A stretch of 64,000 nt of DNA from Candidatus Obscuribacterales bacterium (GTDB taxonomy: Bacteria; Cyanobacteriota; Vampirovibrionia; Obscuribacterales; Obscuribacteraceae), in contig CBDDIJ010000003.1 in NCBI GenBank assembly GCA_965228855.1, positions 2,368,001-2,432,000 of the forward strand, given 5' to 3'. Position 1 is the stretch's first letter. Every line of letters starts with the position of its first letter. A program made the position numbers and the translations under genes. Below are positions 10,138-19,944 of this stretch, in pieces. The notes under the pieces are model-generated. The model was not told the DNA's origin. It made no database searches and was given only the letters and a program-made list of their open reading frames with translations.

Positions 10138-11043
10138 CAGTTAAGATCTAAACATGGAGTAACCAGGGACGAGACGATGAATAGAAACCCAATGGCGAGA
10201 AACCTGCTTTTAGCCTTCCTGCTGCTCCTTTCGGTTTACTGCGCGATATCACCGGTGGTGGCAATGCCGCTTTACGACAAAATGCTTTTCTTCCCGACGA
10301 AACAGTTTGAAACTGACTTCGACAGCCTTGGTGGATTCGCAAAGGAGGACTCCACCTTCACCTCCACGAACGGTTCAAAACTGCATGCCTGGTACATCCC
10401 AGTTCCCCATTCTCGGGGAACCGTAATAATAAGTCATGGCAACGCCGGGAATATATCGTACCGCGTGCCACTGATGGAGCTCTTTTTGAAACAGAAACTG
10501 TCGGTTCTTGCCTATGATTATCAGGGATACGGCAAGAGCGAAGGAACGCCGTCTATCGATCACGTCTGTGAAGATGGACTTGCAGCCTACGATTTCCTGA
10601 CAAAAGAACGCGGAGTCGAATCAAAGAAAATAATAGTGTACGGAGAATCACTTGGCGGTGGCGTCGCGTCATACATCGCCGCAAATCGCAAAGTTGAAGC
10701 AATCATTCTTCAATCTGCGTTTTCATCCTTGCCCCATATCGCTCGGTTGAAGATGCCGCTGATGCGATTTTATCCGAACTTTTTCTTCCCTAAGAATTGC
10801 ATGGACAGCGCATCGTTGCTGTCGGTCGAGCACGCTCCGCTCCTCATCGTTCATGGCGATAAGGACACAATCATTCCTGTATCGGAAGCGCACAAGCTGT
10901 TTGATGCAGCGGTGGAGCCTAAAAAATTGGTCACGCTTGAAAACGCCAATCACAATGACATGTACGGATCTCAATACGAAGCCAGCTTGAGCAGCGCAAT
11001 AGTGGACTTTCTCCAAACCATTGCCGCATTCAAAGTGAACTGA
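10126..11043 (+). CDS. Alpha/beta hydrolase (ABHD13/BEM46-like)
   Basis: HGNAGN, DYQGYGKSEG, GESLGG, HGDKD and HND motifs; start probably at a later Met. Confidence 0.85.
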   Translation: MFQHQLRSKHGVTRDETMNRNPMARNLLLAFLLLLSVYCAISPVVAMPLYDKMLFFPTKQFETDFDSLGGFAKEDSTFTSTNGSKLHAWYIPVPHSRGTVIISHGNAGNISYRVPLMELFLKQKLSVLAYDYQGYGKSEGTPSIDHVCEDGLAAYDFLTKERGVESKKIIVYGESLGGGVASYIAANRKVEAIILQSAFSSLPHIARLKMPLMRFYPNFFFPKNCMDSASLLSVEHAPLLIVHGDKDTIIPVSEAHKLFDAAVEPKKLVTLENANHNDMYGSQYEASLSSAIVDFLQTIAAFKVN

Positions 11044-11054
11044 ACGACATTGCT

Positions 11055-12983
11055 CTAGTTCAACAGATACTTCTCGACGAACTCCACTGTCGTGTAGAAC
11101 AGATAGTCTCTGTTCTTTTTCTTTCGAAAACCGTGCCCTTCGTCTTCCGCCATGAGAAACCAAACGGGCGTCCCGGTTTTCTTCAACGCGTCGTACATTT
11201 GCTCGGCTTCGCTGGCGGGGACGCGCGGATCGTTTTTCCCCTGCACTATATACAGTGGCTTTTTGATTTCCGCCGCTTTGCCCAGAGGTGCGGTCCGCTC
11301 CAGAAATTTGCGCATCTCCGGATCGCGCTCGTCACCATATTCGACCCGGCGCAAGTCACGGCGATAGGCTTCGGTGTGCTCTAGAAAAGTGACAATGTTG
11401 GAAAAACCAACCAGATCAAGCGAGCATCGTATTTTGTCGGAGTAGAGAACGGAGACGGCAAGCGTCATATGACCGCCATAGGATCCACCCATAACCATTA
11501 TCCGGTCTCCATCCAGATTCGGCTGGGTTTTAATCCAGTTCAACAGCGCCTCTATATCCTTGTAAGTGTCCTCGCGTTTAAATCCGTTATCGAGCAGACT
11601 GAAAGTTTTACCGTATCCGGTGGAGCCTCTTACGTTGGGACAAATCTGCACCACGCCAAGTTCATTCATCCAGAAATTTCCGCGATCGAGAAACCAGGGG
11701 CGAAATTGCGACTCCGGTCCGCCGTGGATATTGATTATCACGGGACGTTTGCCGGGAAATTTCTTCGCGTCCGGCTTGTACATGAACGCTGAAATTTCAC
11801 GATCATCAAACGACTTCCATTTGATCAATTCCGGATCTGCAAAATTGTCCGTGTTGAGAAAACCGGTTTCGCTGTAGGTCCAACGCTCGACCTTACCGGT
11901 CTCCGTGTCCAGTGAATGAACATCAGAAGGAGAGCGAGACGTTTCAAGGTTAAAACCTAAATCGCGACTGTTTTTATGCCACCTCAGTCCAGTTACCTGT
12001 CCAACTGGAAGTGTGGGAACGGACAACTCCTTATTGTCGGTAGTCGACATCAAATGCAGGACCCCAAGCCCTTCTTCGTTGACAGACATGGCAATCTTTT
12101 TGCCGTCATCAGATAAAGCGAACTCATCGACATCCCACTTAATGTGATCGGTGAGATAAGTATACTTTTTGGTTTCCAAATCGATGTATGCAAGGCGCAA
12201 AAATTCTGAATCTTTGTCAGTCGTTACGTAGACGCCTTTTCCATCCTTACTGAAGCGCGCACCATTGTATGAAATTTTTGTTTTGGCTTCACGGTCAGTC
12301 AGCGCAACTTTCGTCCCTTTCTCGACATCGACCAACCAGATGTATCCCTCGTTAACTGAAAGTTGTTCGAGCAAGAGCATTTGTTTGTCGTCCGGCGACC
12401 AATCTTGAGGGTCCCAGCCGCCACCTTGCAGCTGAACCACGAGTTTGTTCGAGGCTGGTTCTTTCGGATTCATTACCCAAACATCAACGTCCGCACCGTT
12501 ACGACGAGTGGAACCGTAGGCGTAGCGGTCTCCCTTCGTAGACCAAACGCCACCAGTGTTGCGTGACTTGCCGTCCGTGAGCAGCACCACATCTTTGGTT
12601 TCAACGTCATAGGAATACTTCTGGAAAAACTCATCGCCGCCTTTATCTTTATCAAATACAAAATACTTGCCTTCGGTCGGCTGAAAGGAGCCACCATTGG
12701 CGGTGTCTTTGAAAAATGTCAACTGCTTCCGCTCACCGCCAGGCATAGCAAGGTGGTGAACTTGAACTACGTCCGCAAAGCGGGTCTCAATCAGCATTTC
12801 GCGCTTGCTCGGGTGCCAGCTTCCGATATGAGCATTGCGAAACTCAGTGTATTTTTCGACTTTGTCGATCAGACTTAGCGGTGGGCTCGGTACATCACGC
12901 ACGACGAGATTATCACCAGGCGGTAGAACCGCGGATGAAGAGGTGGCAAACGCTGTTGCCAACACCATAATAAGTTTATGCAT
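11055..12983 (-). CDS. S9 family serine peptidase (beta-propeller + catalytic domain)
   Basis: IHGGPE, GGSYGG, NDPRVP and DEGHGF motifs; start trimmed to ATG 12983 (MHKLIMV, GGAG upstream) to avoid overlap with the TetR gene. Confidence 0.9.
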   Translation of the reverse strand: MHKLIMVLATAFATSSSAVLPPGDNLVVRDVPSPPLSLIDKVEKYTEFRNAHIGSWHPSKREMLIETRFADVVQVHHLAMPGGERKQLTFFKDTANGGSFQPTEGKYFVFDKDKGGDEFFQKYSYDVETKDVVLLTDGKSRNTGGVWSTKGDRYAYGSTRRNGADVDVWVMNPKEPASNKLVVQLQGGGWDPQDWSPDDKQMLLLEQLSVNEGYIWLVDVEKGTKVALTDREAKTKISYNGARFSKDGKGVYVTTDKDSEFLRLAYIDLETKKYTYLTDHIKWDVDEFALSDDGKKIAMSVNEEGLGVLHLMSTTDNKELSVPTLPVGQVTGLRWHKNSRDLGFNLETSRSPSDVHSLDTETGKVERWTYSETGFLNTDNFADPELIKWKSFDDREISAFMYKPDAKKFPGKRPVIINIHGGPESQFRPWFLDRGNFWMNELGVVQICPNVRGSTGYGKTFSLLDNGFKREDTYKDIEALLNWIKTQPNLDGDRIMVMGGSYGGHMTLAVSVLYSDKIRCSLDLVGFSNIVTFLEHTEAYRRDLRRVEYGDERDPEMRKFLERTAPLGKAAEIKKPLYIVQGKNDPRVPASEAEQMYDALKKTGTPVWFLMAEDEGHGFRKKKNRDYLFYTTVEFVEKYLLN

Positions 12984-13059
12984 CACATCACTCCACGAGA
13001 TGGCTTCCCAGAAGACTGAACATATTAGCAGCCTTGAAGAAGGGAATTCATGACGGTGG

Positions 13060-13662
13060 CTATTCTGGTTTTCGAACGCCACGAAGGATGATATTGACCC
13101 AGTCGTCGATTTTGTTGACCAGCGGTCGGTTTTCATCCCCTGCAATCCAGGTGACTTGCGCATGTTGAGACAGACCGGAAATTAATGCACCCAGATCGCG
13201 GGCATCGTAACCGCTGTCGATTTCGCCCTTCTCTTGAGCGGCCCTTATGATCTTGGAGATGATGTTGGGTAGTGATGACGGGTCGCTTTCATAGCTGCAA
13301 TCAATCTGGTCCCTCATCTGACTGAACCAGGCAAGGAAAAAGTGCCTGGAGAGATCCTTATATAGTTGGGTTTCACGTGCCAGCGTTTTCAAAGAATCGA
13401 CAAGTACATCAACAGGCGACTCTCCTTTCTCGAGTCTCATATCGACCGTTTCGCTGAGGCGTTTCAAATAACCTATAGAAAGCCCCAGCAGCACCTCATC
13501 CTTCGACTTGAAGTGGTAATAAAGCGTCCCTTTCGCCACGTTGGCTGCATCGGCTATATCGTCGACAGATGTGGCGTCATAACCTTTTTTCATAAATAGG
13601 ATGCCAGCAGCCGCTAAGATGTCCTGCCTGGTGGCTTCTCGCTTCTCTTCCCTTCTTCCCAC
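13060..13662 (-). CDS. TetR/AcrR family transcriptional regulator
   Basis: ILAAA..LF..KGYDATSVDDIADAANVAKGTLYYHFKSKDE HTH; likely GTG start at 13662. Confidence 0.92.
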   Translation of the reverse strand: MGRREEKREATRQDILAAAGILFMKKGYDATSVDDIADAANVAKGTLYYHFKSKDEVLLGLSIGYLKRLSETVDMRLEKGESPVDVLVDSLKTLARETQLYKDLSRHFFLAWFSQMRDQIDCSYESDPSSLPNIISKIIRAAQEKGEIDSGYDARDLGALISGLSQHAQVTWIAGDENRPLVNKIDDWVNIILRGVRKPE

Positions 13663-13682
13663 ACGTCCCCCTGTTCCTTGAC

Positions 13683-13740
13683 AAAACCGACCAATGTATG
13701 ATTTTATACTAGTATACAAATTTAGACTACAGTCGGTTTT
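13683..13740. promoter_or_regulatory. Nested inverted repeats, candidate TetR operator
   Basis: AAAACCGAC (13683-91) / GTCGGTTTT (13732-40) flanking the perfect palindrome TATACTAGTATA (13705-16), directly upstream of the TetR gene. Confidence 0.55.
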
Positions 13741-13814
13741 AATAAACCAGAGCTTAAGGCTGAATTTGTTGCTCTAGCCGGGACAAAGTTAGTATCTAGA
13801 AGGTGGTTTTGACA

Positions 13815-14069
13815 ATGAAACCAGCACAGAAGCCCAGACACGGTCTGGGTTCAGACTACCGTTTGAATTCGCAATGCTGCAAGGTCGCCACCGCAGTAGA
13901 CCAGGCCAAACCTGTGCTCTATATGTTGATAAGCACAGCGATGCTGATCATCCTAGTCTATATGTTCTCGTTGAGTTTCGGGCCGGAAGCATGGTCAAAG
14001 CAGAGAGATTTGACCCGACATCATGTTTCGCACCAGGTCCATCAAACCGCGCATCTCATGCGTATTTAA
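13815..14069 (+). CDS. Small single-TM hypothetical protein
   Basis: AAGGTGG upstream of ATG 13815; hydrophobic segment VLYMLISTAMLIILVYMFSLSF. Confidence 0.5.
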   Translation: MKPAQKPRHGLGSDYRLNSQCCKVATAVDQAKPVLYMLISTAMLIILVYMFSLSFGPEAWSKQRDLTRHHVSHQVHQTAHLMRI

Positions 14070-14083
14070 TTTGAGCGTCCTGG

Positions 14084-15532
14084 TTATTTCTTTCGCTTCC
14101 AAAGTTTATTCGGATTCTTTTTCTTCTTAATAGGTAAAGTCGGATCAGAAGGAGGACTTGTTCCCGGAGTGACCGTCGGCGGAGCCGTGCTAGTGGTGTT
14201 TAGTGCTTTTGCGACGCAGGCAGCAGCGTCAGGCAGTCCATATCCGTAAAACTTGTTCCATCCCGACGAACTGTTCGTAGTGTTTTGCTTGAGAATATTT
14301 TCGACCTGGGTATTGGTCAAAGTCGGCTTCGCGCCCCAGGTTAGAGCGGCGACTCCGCAAGCCAGCGGAGAGGAGAATGAAGTGCCCGCAACAGAAAGAA
14401 CAGTGCTGGTGTTTTTAGAACAGTAGATATTCTGTCCGGGAGCGGTGAACCAGACGCAGTTTCCCCAATTCGAAAAATATGCCAACTCGTTAGTCTCGTC
14501 GATAGCAGACACAACTATCAAGTACGGCACCAGTGGGTTCGAGTCGAACAAAGCCTCATTACCAGCGGCGTTGAACGTCAGTCCGCCTTTAACGTCATGG
14601 AAATATTGAAGATATTCATGAAGCACCGGATTATCCGAAGCGTTAGCAATCGAATACGGCGGAGTGCCATTCACGCTTAAATTGATCAGCCTGGCGGTGG
14701 TGCTCGTGTTGCAGTAATCAAAGGCATCCAGGATTGCGACATTGGAAAACGTTCCATCCGGTCGCCCTGCGCGCACAGGAATAATGTTGGATAAACGAGC
14801 CGGACCAGCGGTTCCACTGTAGTTGCCGGCCAACGCAGCCGCGGTGGTCGACACCATAGTGCCATGACCGTTCACATCGGTCTGCGTGGTTGTGTGGTTC
14901 ACCGCGTCGTATGGCGAAACCAGCTTGCCCGTCAAATCAAAGTTACTCGATGTCACGCCTGTATCAATGACAGCAATCGACGCGTTCGCGTTACCATAGG
15001 ACAGATCCCAGGCAGGTGAGACATTGAGCGCAGTCAGCGCCCATTGCTGAGGATAATACTGATCGTTTGGTGCGGCGTTCGTATGCGCCAGGTAGTCACG
15101 CTGCACAGACCGCATATTCTCATCTTTCATGAGCGAGCGTTCGGCTTTGACGAAAGTCTGAGCATCAGGGAAAGTGACCACCCAAACAGTCATCGAGCCT
15201 CGACCGATTGTTCTTGTGATCGTCCCACTCACCTCACGCACAGCTTGCACGGCATCATCATCAGTGGACTTGAACGGCATCACCAACAAAGTGTTTTGAG
15301 TCCAGGAGACTGGTGCAATTCGCTTTTTCAACGGTTTGCGGTTCTTCGCGGTCGGCAATTTCAATGCCGGTCTTTCTGATTGTGAAATCACAGGTTGAGA
15401 GTTGGCAGCAATCGCTGCGGTCAGACCGAGAGCCAGACCGCAAGCAAACGTGATCCATCTAAGTTTTCTGGGTTTCATAGCATCCTGGAGAGAGTGAGAG
15501 TGCGCCTCCGATGCCAGGGTTCGGATGATCAA
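14084..15532 (-). CDS. S8 family subtilisin-like serine protease
   Basis: IAVIDTG, NGHGT, AAGN and GTSFSSP motifs; signal peptide and pro-region; start probably at MKPRK. Confidence 0.92.
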   Translation of the reverse strand: MIIRTLASEAHSHSLQDAMKPRKLRWITFACGLALGLTAAIAANSQPVISQSERPALKLPTAKNRKPLKKRIAPVSWTQNTLLVMPFKSTDDDAVQAVREVSGTITRTIGRGSMTVWVVTFPDAQTFVKAERSLMKDENMRSVQRDYLAHTNAAPNDQYYPQQWALTALNVSPAWDLSYGNANASIAVIDTGVTSSNFDLTGKLVSPYDAVNHTTTQTDVNGHGTMVSTTAAALAGNYSGTAGPARLSNIIPVRAGRPDGTFSNVAILDAFDYCNTSTTARLINLSVNGTPPYSIANASDNPVLHEYLQYFHDVKGGLTFNAAGNEALFDSNPLVPYLIVVSAIDETNELAYFSNWGNCVWFTAPGQNIYCSKNTSTVLSVAGTSFSSPLACGVAALTWGAKPTLTNTQVENILKQNTTNSSSGWNKFYGYGLPDAAACVAKALNTTSTAPPTVTPGTSPPSDPTLPIKKKKNPNKLWKRKK

Positions 15533-15757
15533 TTTTATACCCGTTTTGGCCCAGCTTTCATCTATTCACCCGGGTGATCGGCTTGCAGCTGCCAGCGCGG
15601 CTTTCCCGCAACCTTCAGGTGCTTACTCCAGGCATCGTCTTTTGAGACCGAGTTGCCGTGTAGGTATACTCGCGTGGACACGATGGTGGCGGCATGGTAA
15701 CCTTTTGTGCATTCTCGACAGGTTGCCGCCTGATTAGCGTCTTGAGGAACCATATCA

Positions 15758-18700
15758 ATGCCGCAACACGAGCGTCGTTTTATCAAGGAAAACAGAACCA
15801 GTTTTTTTACAACAGTTCTGTTGGCGATGAGCTTGAATTTGATGTCTTCGCCGCAGGCAGTGGCGAAGGGAGAGTTCAGAGAATTCAAATCCAACAACCC
15901 GGGCATCGACAACCGCTCGCTGCGCGAGATGTTCAGACAGCTAATACCGAGCACTCGCGCACAGCTGAACCTGACTGAATCAGGTCGAGCATCAAATAAT
16001 TCCAGGTTAAGCGGCAGTTTAGTAATTCCGAACATCCAGCCTCAAAGAGAATCTAAACGGCTCAACGCTGATTTGCATCGGCAGACAATGCAACTTCAGA
16101 GCAACGGCAAACTTGCGAACACCAGACTGGGAGTGGATTTGAATCTGGATTCGGTCGACCGCAACATCGTGCTCGGGGAAAAGCTGTTCGGGCATACGAC
16201 TTCGGTAACTATCGATAAAGGTGGCGAAACAACCGTGTTTACAGCCGGCTCACAAGTGACTGCTGCGGAGTACGTTGCTGTTAAGCAAGTGCTGATGGCA
16301 GGCACACAGTCTGTTTCGCTTGACGGAAGTGGACGAGCTGTGGGAGGCAGCGTCGACCTCGGTGAGATAACTGCTAGAAATGACAGAATGCGAGCCGATG
16401 ATTTAAAGGTACCGATAAACGTCACCGCATATGGTGACTTTGCGAAAAATCCCACGTTTCAAGTCATCGGAAATCTAGTCAACGCCGGAGTGATTTACGC
16501 ACAAACAGCGAGGAGAGGTGATTCTCGCGGCACGATCCAGGCTGACAGCCTCACCAATCAGTCCTCGGGTGTTATAACTTCCATCTCTCCAGGCAGCGAC
16601 TCTGTAGTGGATTTGACGCTTGAAACCCGAACATCGATTTTGAACTCGGGCACAATTGCCAGCTCTGGTTCTCTGACTCTGACTGCTGGAAGTGAAGTTA
16701 GGAACGACACCGATGGTACGGTATCAGCGCAGAAGAATATCGTCATAACCGCTCCGTCAATAGTTAATAACAATTCCATTCAATCAGCATCCGGCAGCGT
16801 GACGCTGGACGCCCCGGCCGAGCTTCTGGTTGATAATCGCTTTGGCTCAATTAGGGCTTCGACCGGCTCCATCAATGTACGCAGTTCGTCGTTTAAAAAC
16901 GACTCCGGCACTATTGTTTTCGGCGGCGATCTGATCAGTGAAAACGTCAACGTCAACACCGGTCGAGGAACAGCCGACATCACAGTCCGCAAGCTCACCG
17001 GAAGGCTGAATCAGAAAGGCTTTGCTTCTCATGTGTCTGCGGAAACCGACGTATTATCTTTGGGCGACATTAGCCTTGCCGGAGACCCTACTTATAAGAA
17101 CTCGACAGGCGACATAATCATCACGGGTAGTATCACCGTGGCAGAAGCGTTGACTCTAATTGCCAGCGGTGACATCACCAACTCTGTACCGGCAACTATT
17201 ACGACTGGCAGCAGCGCCGGTGGATTCGACATCACCCTCATCGCCGGCGCTAATATCACCTCCGGCTCACCGGACACGACGACGATCGGACCAATCCCCC
17301 CGACTTTGCCTGGCTCTACTGCCACTACCATCAGTGGCACAGCCTCGGGCACAGGCGGGAATATTCTTCTTGGCACCTCAGAGTTTTTGCCAGTGACTAT
17401 CAACGCCAGAGCGACATCAGGCAACAATGTCAACGGCGGCAACGTGCTTATTGCCGCGTTTAACAGCGGCTCGAACAAAGGCATAATCGATATGCCATTT
17501 AGCCAGTTGAACACTGGCGGTCGAGGGTCGGGCAACAATGGCAATGTCACGCTGATTGCCGGAGGCGCGCCGTCCGGTTTTACGATTGAAACAGGTGGAA
17601 TTGATACCACCGGCGGCAGTGGCAGCGGCGGGGACATAGATATATTCAGCTTCACGCCACAAGCGTCAGCAGGAAATGTAACTTACGATCAATTCGGCGC
17701 ACGAACTTCAGCCTCGCAAATCGTGGCGAGCACTACGTCTCAGTTTTCTCCTCATATTTTCTTAAACGGAGATCTAAACGCGTCAGGAAACGTCAATATT
17801 TCGAGCGGCGCGGACGGCAACGTAACTATCGGAGATTTCAACATCACCTGCCGGGGCAACAACAGCGTCGTCAATTTGACCGCAAGTGGGCTCGGGAACA
17901 TTTCAGGGAGTGACTTCACAACTATTTCGTGCGACACACTGAACTTGCTCGTAGATACAGGGGACATCGGCGACATCGCGACAAACACACCAATTTTCAC
18001 TGACGCGACAACTATAACCGCTAATGGTGACACTAGTTCCACAGACGTACTCTTGCAGACCTTCAACCCGGGGTTGAACACCTTCTCCGGAAGCGCCTTT
18101 TCAATGAACGTGGCAACTCAAGGACCGCTAATCGCAAATCCTGACAACGGTCCAATCGTCGCTCAAACATTGCTCATTGGCTCATTCAGCGGCAGCGCCG
18201 GACTGAATGCCCAACATCCACTGGAGGTGGATGCGACATTTTTGTTTGTCGCAGGCTTGGGTGGCGATGTATACGTCCACAATAACAATACCGGTCAAAC
18301 CAACCTGACCGGTGGACAAGCGTTGCAGGCGTCAGGCACTTTCATGGTCACCAGTGACGGTACCATCGGACTGGCAAGCGGTGACTCCATTCGAGCGAAG
18401 AATGTAATTCTGCAGCCTGCATCTGAGTTCCTGAACCTGGTTGGAACGATAAACGGCACTCAGAGTGTCTCGTTGGTATCGGATATGTCTATCGATCCGG
18501 CAAATATAGGAGCGACGATAAACACGCCGCTGTTAAATTTGACGTCGTTAAACGGCGACGTTGGAATTAGCCCGACCACACGTTTTCAGGCAAGCACCGG
18601 GGTTGGTGCCGTCGCCGCGTACGCGCCCAATGGCAGCGTCTATTTGCAGGGCGCGGCGAGCAGCAAGGCCGGCATTGCAGGCGGTTTGGCAAATGGGTCA

Positions 18701-19156
18701 TTCGATTATGCAGGTACGGGTTCCACGACGATTTCAGGCAATGTTGAAACAGCTACTGGAGATATAAAAGTAATCATCAACGGTCCTGGGACTCTGGCAG
18801 TCAACACAAACGCCGTCTTGAATTCCGCCCAGAACCTCACCTTGCTGATCACGGATCTCGCAGGTTCTACCAAGCAAAAAATCACTTTGGGTAAAAATGC
18901 GGCTCTGCAAACGCAGGGAGGCGAAATTGTCGTCTCCGTCGGTGGGCTTGTAGCACCGGTTTCCGGCACCCCGCCGACAAAGGGAGTCGGTTATACAGAA
19001 GTCAACGGCGGTCAGATTTTCTGGGGAAATTTCGGCGTGAGCGGAAAGGGAGTGAATTCGGTAATCGCCAACGGCAATGATGTGATTTTCTCTAATACGC
19101 TCAAGTCAAACGCGATTACCTTGTCGGGCGGAGTCGCAATTGTCACCAGTCCCTAA
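15758..19156 (+). CDS. Large secreted Gly/Asn/Thr-rich beta-helix (filamentous-haemagglutinin-like) protein
   Basis: 1132 aa; signal-like N-terminus; repeated N.GTI.S.GSLTLTAG and GGN(V/I).L beta-helix patterns. Confidence 0.7.
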   Translation: MPQHERRFIKENRTSFFTTVLLAMSLNLMSSPQAVAKGEFREFKSNNPGIDNRSLREMFRQLIPSTRAQLNLTESGRASNNSRLSGSLVIPNIQPQRESKRLNADLHRQTMQLQSNGKLANTRLGVDLNLDSVDRNIVLGEKLFGHTTSVTIDKGGETTVFTAGSQVTAAEYVAVKQVLMAGTQSVSLDGSGRAVGGSVDLGEITARNDRMRADDLKVPINVTAYGDFAKNPTFQVIGNLVNAGVIYAQTARRGDSRGTIQADSLTNQSSGVITSISPGSDSVVDLTLETRTSILNSGTIASSGSLTLTAGSEVRNDTDGTVSAQKNIVITAPSIVNNNSIQSASGSVTLDAPAELLVDNRFGSIRASTGSINVRSSSFKNDSGTIVFGGDLISENVNVNTGRGTADITVRKLTGRLNQKGFASHVSAETDVLSLGDISLAGDPTYKNSTGDIIITGSITVAEALTLIASGDITNSVPATITTGSSAGGFDITLIAGANITSGSPDTTTIGPIPPTLPGSTATTISGTASGTGGNILLGTSEFLPVTINARATSGNNVNGGNVLIAAFNSGSNKGIIDMPFSQLNTGGRGSGNNGNVTLIAGGAPSGFTIETGGIDTTGGSGSGGDIDIFSFTPQASAGNVTYDQFGARTSASQIVASTTSQFSPHIFLNGDLNASGNVNISSGADGNVTIGDFNITCRGNNSVVNLTASGLGNISGSDFTTISCDTLNLLVDTGDIGDIATNTPIFTDATTITANGDTSSTDVLLQTFNPGLNTFSGSAFSMNVATQGPLIANPDNGPIVAQTLLIGSFSGSAGLNAQHPLEVDATFLFVAGLGGDVYVHNNNTGQTNLTGGQALQASGTFMVTSDGTIGLASGDSIRAKNVILQPASEFLNLVGTINGTQSVSLVSDMSIDPANIGATINTPLLNLTSLNGDVGISPTTRFQASTGVGAVAAYAPNGSVYLQGAASSKAGIAGGLANGSFDYAGTGSTTISGNVETATGDIKVIINGPGTLAVNTNAVLNSAQNLTLLITDLAGSTKQKITLGKNAALQTQGGEIVVSVGGLVAPVSGTPPTKGVGYTEVNGGQIFWGNFGVSGKGVNSVIANGNDVIFSNTLKSNAITLSGGVAIVTSP

Positions 19157-19173
19157 GAGCCAGTCTCATAAGA

Positions 19174-19776
19174 CTAGATTGACTTGCCGCTGGCCCTTAT
19201 TTTGCTCATCCAGCCCTCGACATTTTCAAAATTCTTTCCATAATCAAAAAGCGCATCAGGCTGTCTCGGTTTACTTGTACATTTGAGTATCCAACGGTTT
19301 TCGGCAATCGGATTAATCTCCACTTCCATCTCTTCGCCTGTAGAACGCCAACTCGTGCCCATAACCGCGCGAGTGATCATTTGTTCAGCGTCATCAGAAA
19401 CAGCCTTGACGTAAGAGATGCTTAGAAGTGCGTCCCGGCAAACTGCAAGCACTTCCTTCGACGTCCCTTCCATTTTGATTTCGCGCACTTGCTCGAGTTC
19501 GAACACATCTTTATAAACGCCTTTAGCAAGAAACATTCGCGCAAACAGATCCAGCAGAATGAAGACAACGCAGGAAACCACGCCAAAAATCAAACCAATG
19601 GTCAGTCCGCCTTTCCACGCGTAGTTAAACGCCTGGGGATCGTTGCTTGTCGTAATGATGATGATCATCACGAGAAGCGCGACACCGCCTCCGAGCCCGA
19701 GGGTACTAACCGTCAGTGCTCTACAAATTCTATTGAGATAAGACGCTATATTTTGTCTCGTCGCCGTATCGCCCAC
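19174..19776 (-). CDS. Hypothetical membrane protein (2 TM + soluble domain)
   Basis: Two hydrophobic helices; C-terminal DYGKNFENVE. Confidence 0.75.
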   Translation of the reverse strand: MGDTATRQNIASYLNRICRALTVSTLGLGGGVALLVMIIIITTSNDPQAFNYAWKGGLTIGLIFGVVSCVVFILLDLFARMFLAKGVYKDVFELEQVREIKMEGTSKEVLAVCRDALLSISYVKAVSDDAEQMITRAVMGTSWRSTGEEMEVEINPIAENRWILKCTSKPRQPDALFDYGKNFENVEGWMSKIRASGKSI

Positions 19777-19794
19777 GTTTTATACCTGGAGAAA

Positions 19795-19944
19795 CTAGCT
19801 AGCGGTCTCAGATTCCGTGGGCTCAGATACTTCGTTGTCTGTTCTAACGTACCAGCGCACAAAGCGATACAGCATGTAGAGCGGCGGCATAGACACCAGA
19901 AGACAGATTATCTTATCCAGGTAACGCATAAAATTCAGGTTCAC
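19795..19944 (-). CDS. Small 49-aa membrane protein (not in ORF track)
   Basis: GTG overlaps the upstream stop (GTGA); MNLNFMRYLDKIICLLVSMPPLYMLYRFVRWYVRTDNEVSEPTESETAS; fills the gap between two minus-strand genes. Confidence 0.55.
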   Translation of the reverse strand: MNLNFMRYLDKIICLLVSMPPLYMLYRFVRWYVRTDNEVSEPTESETAS

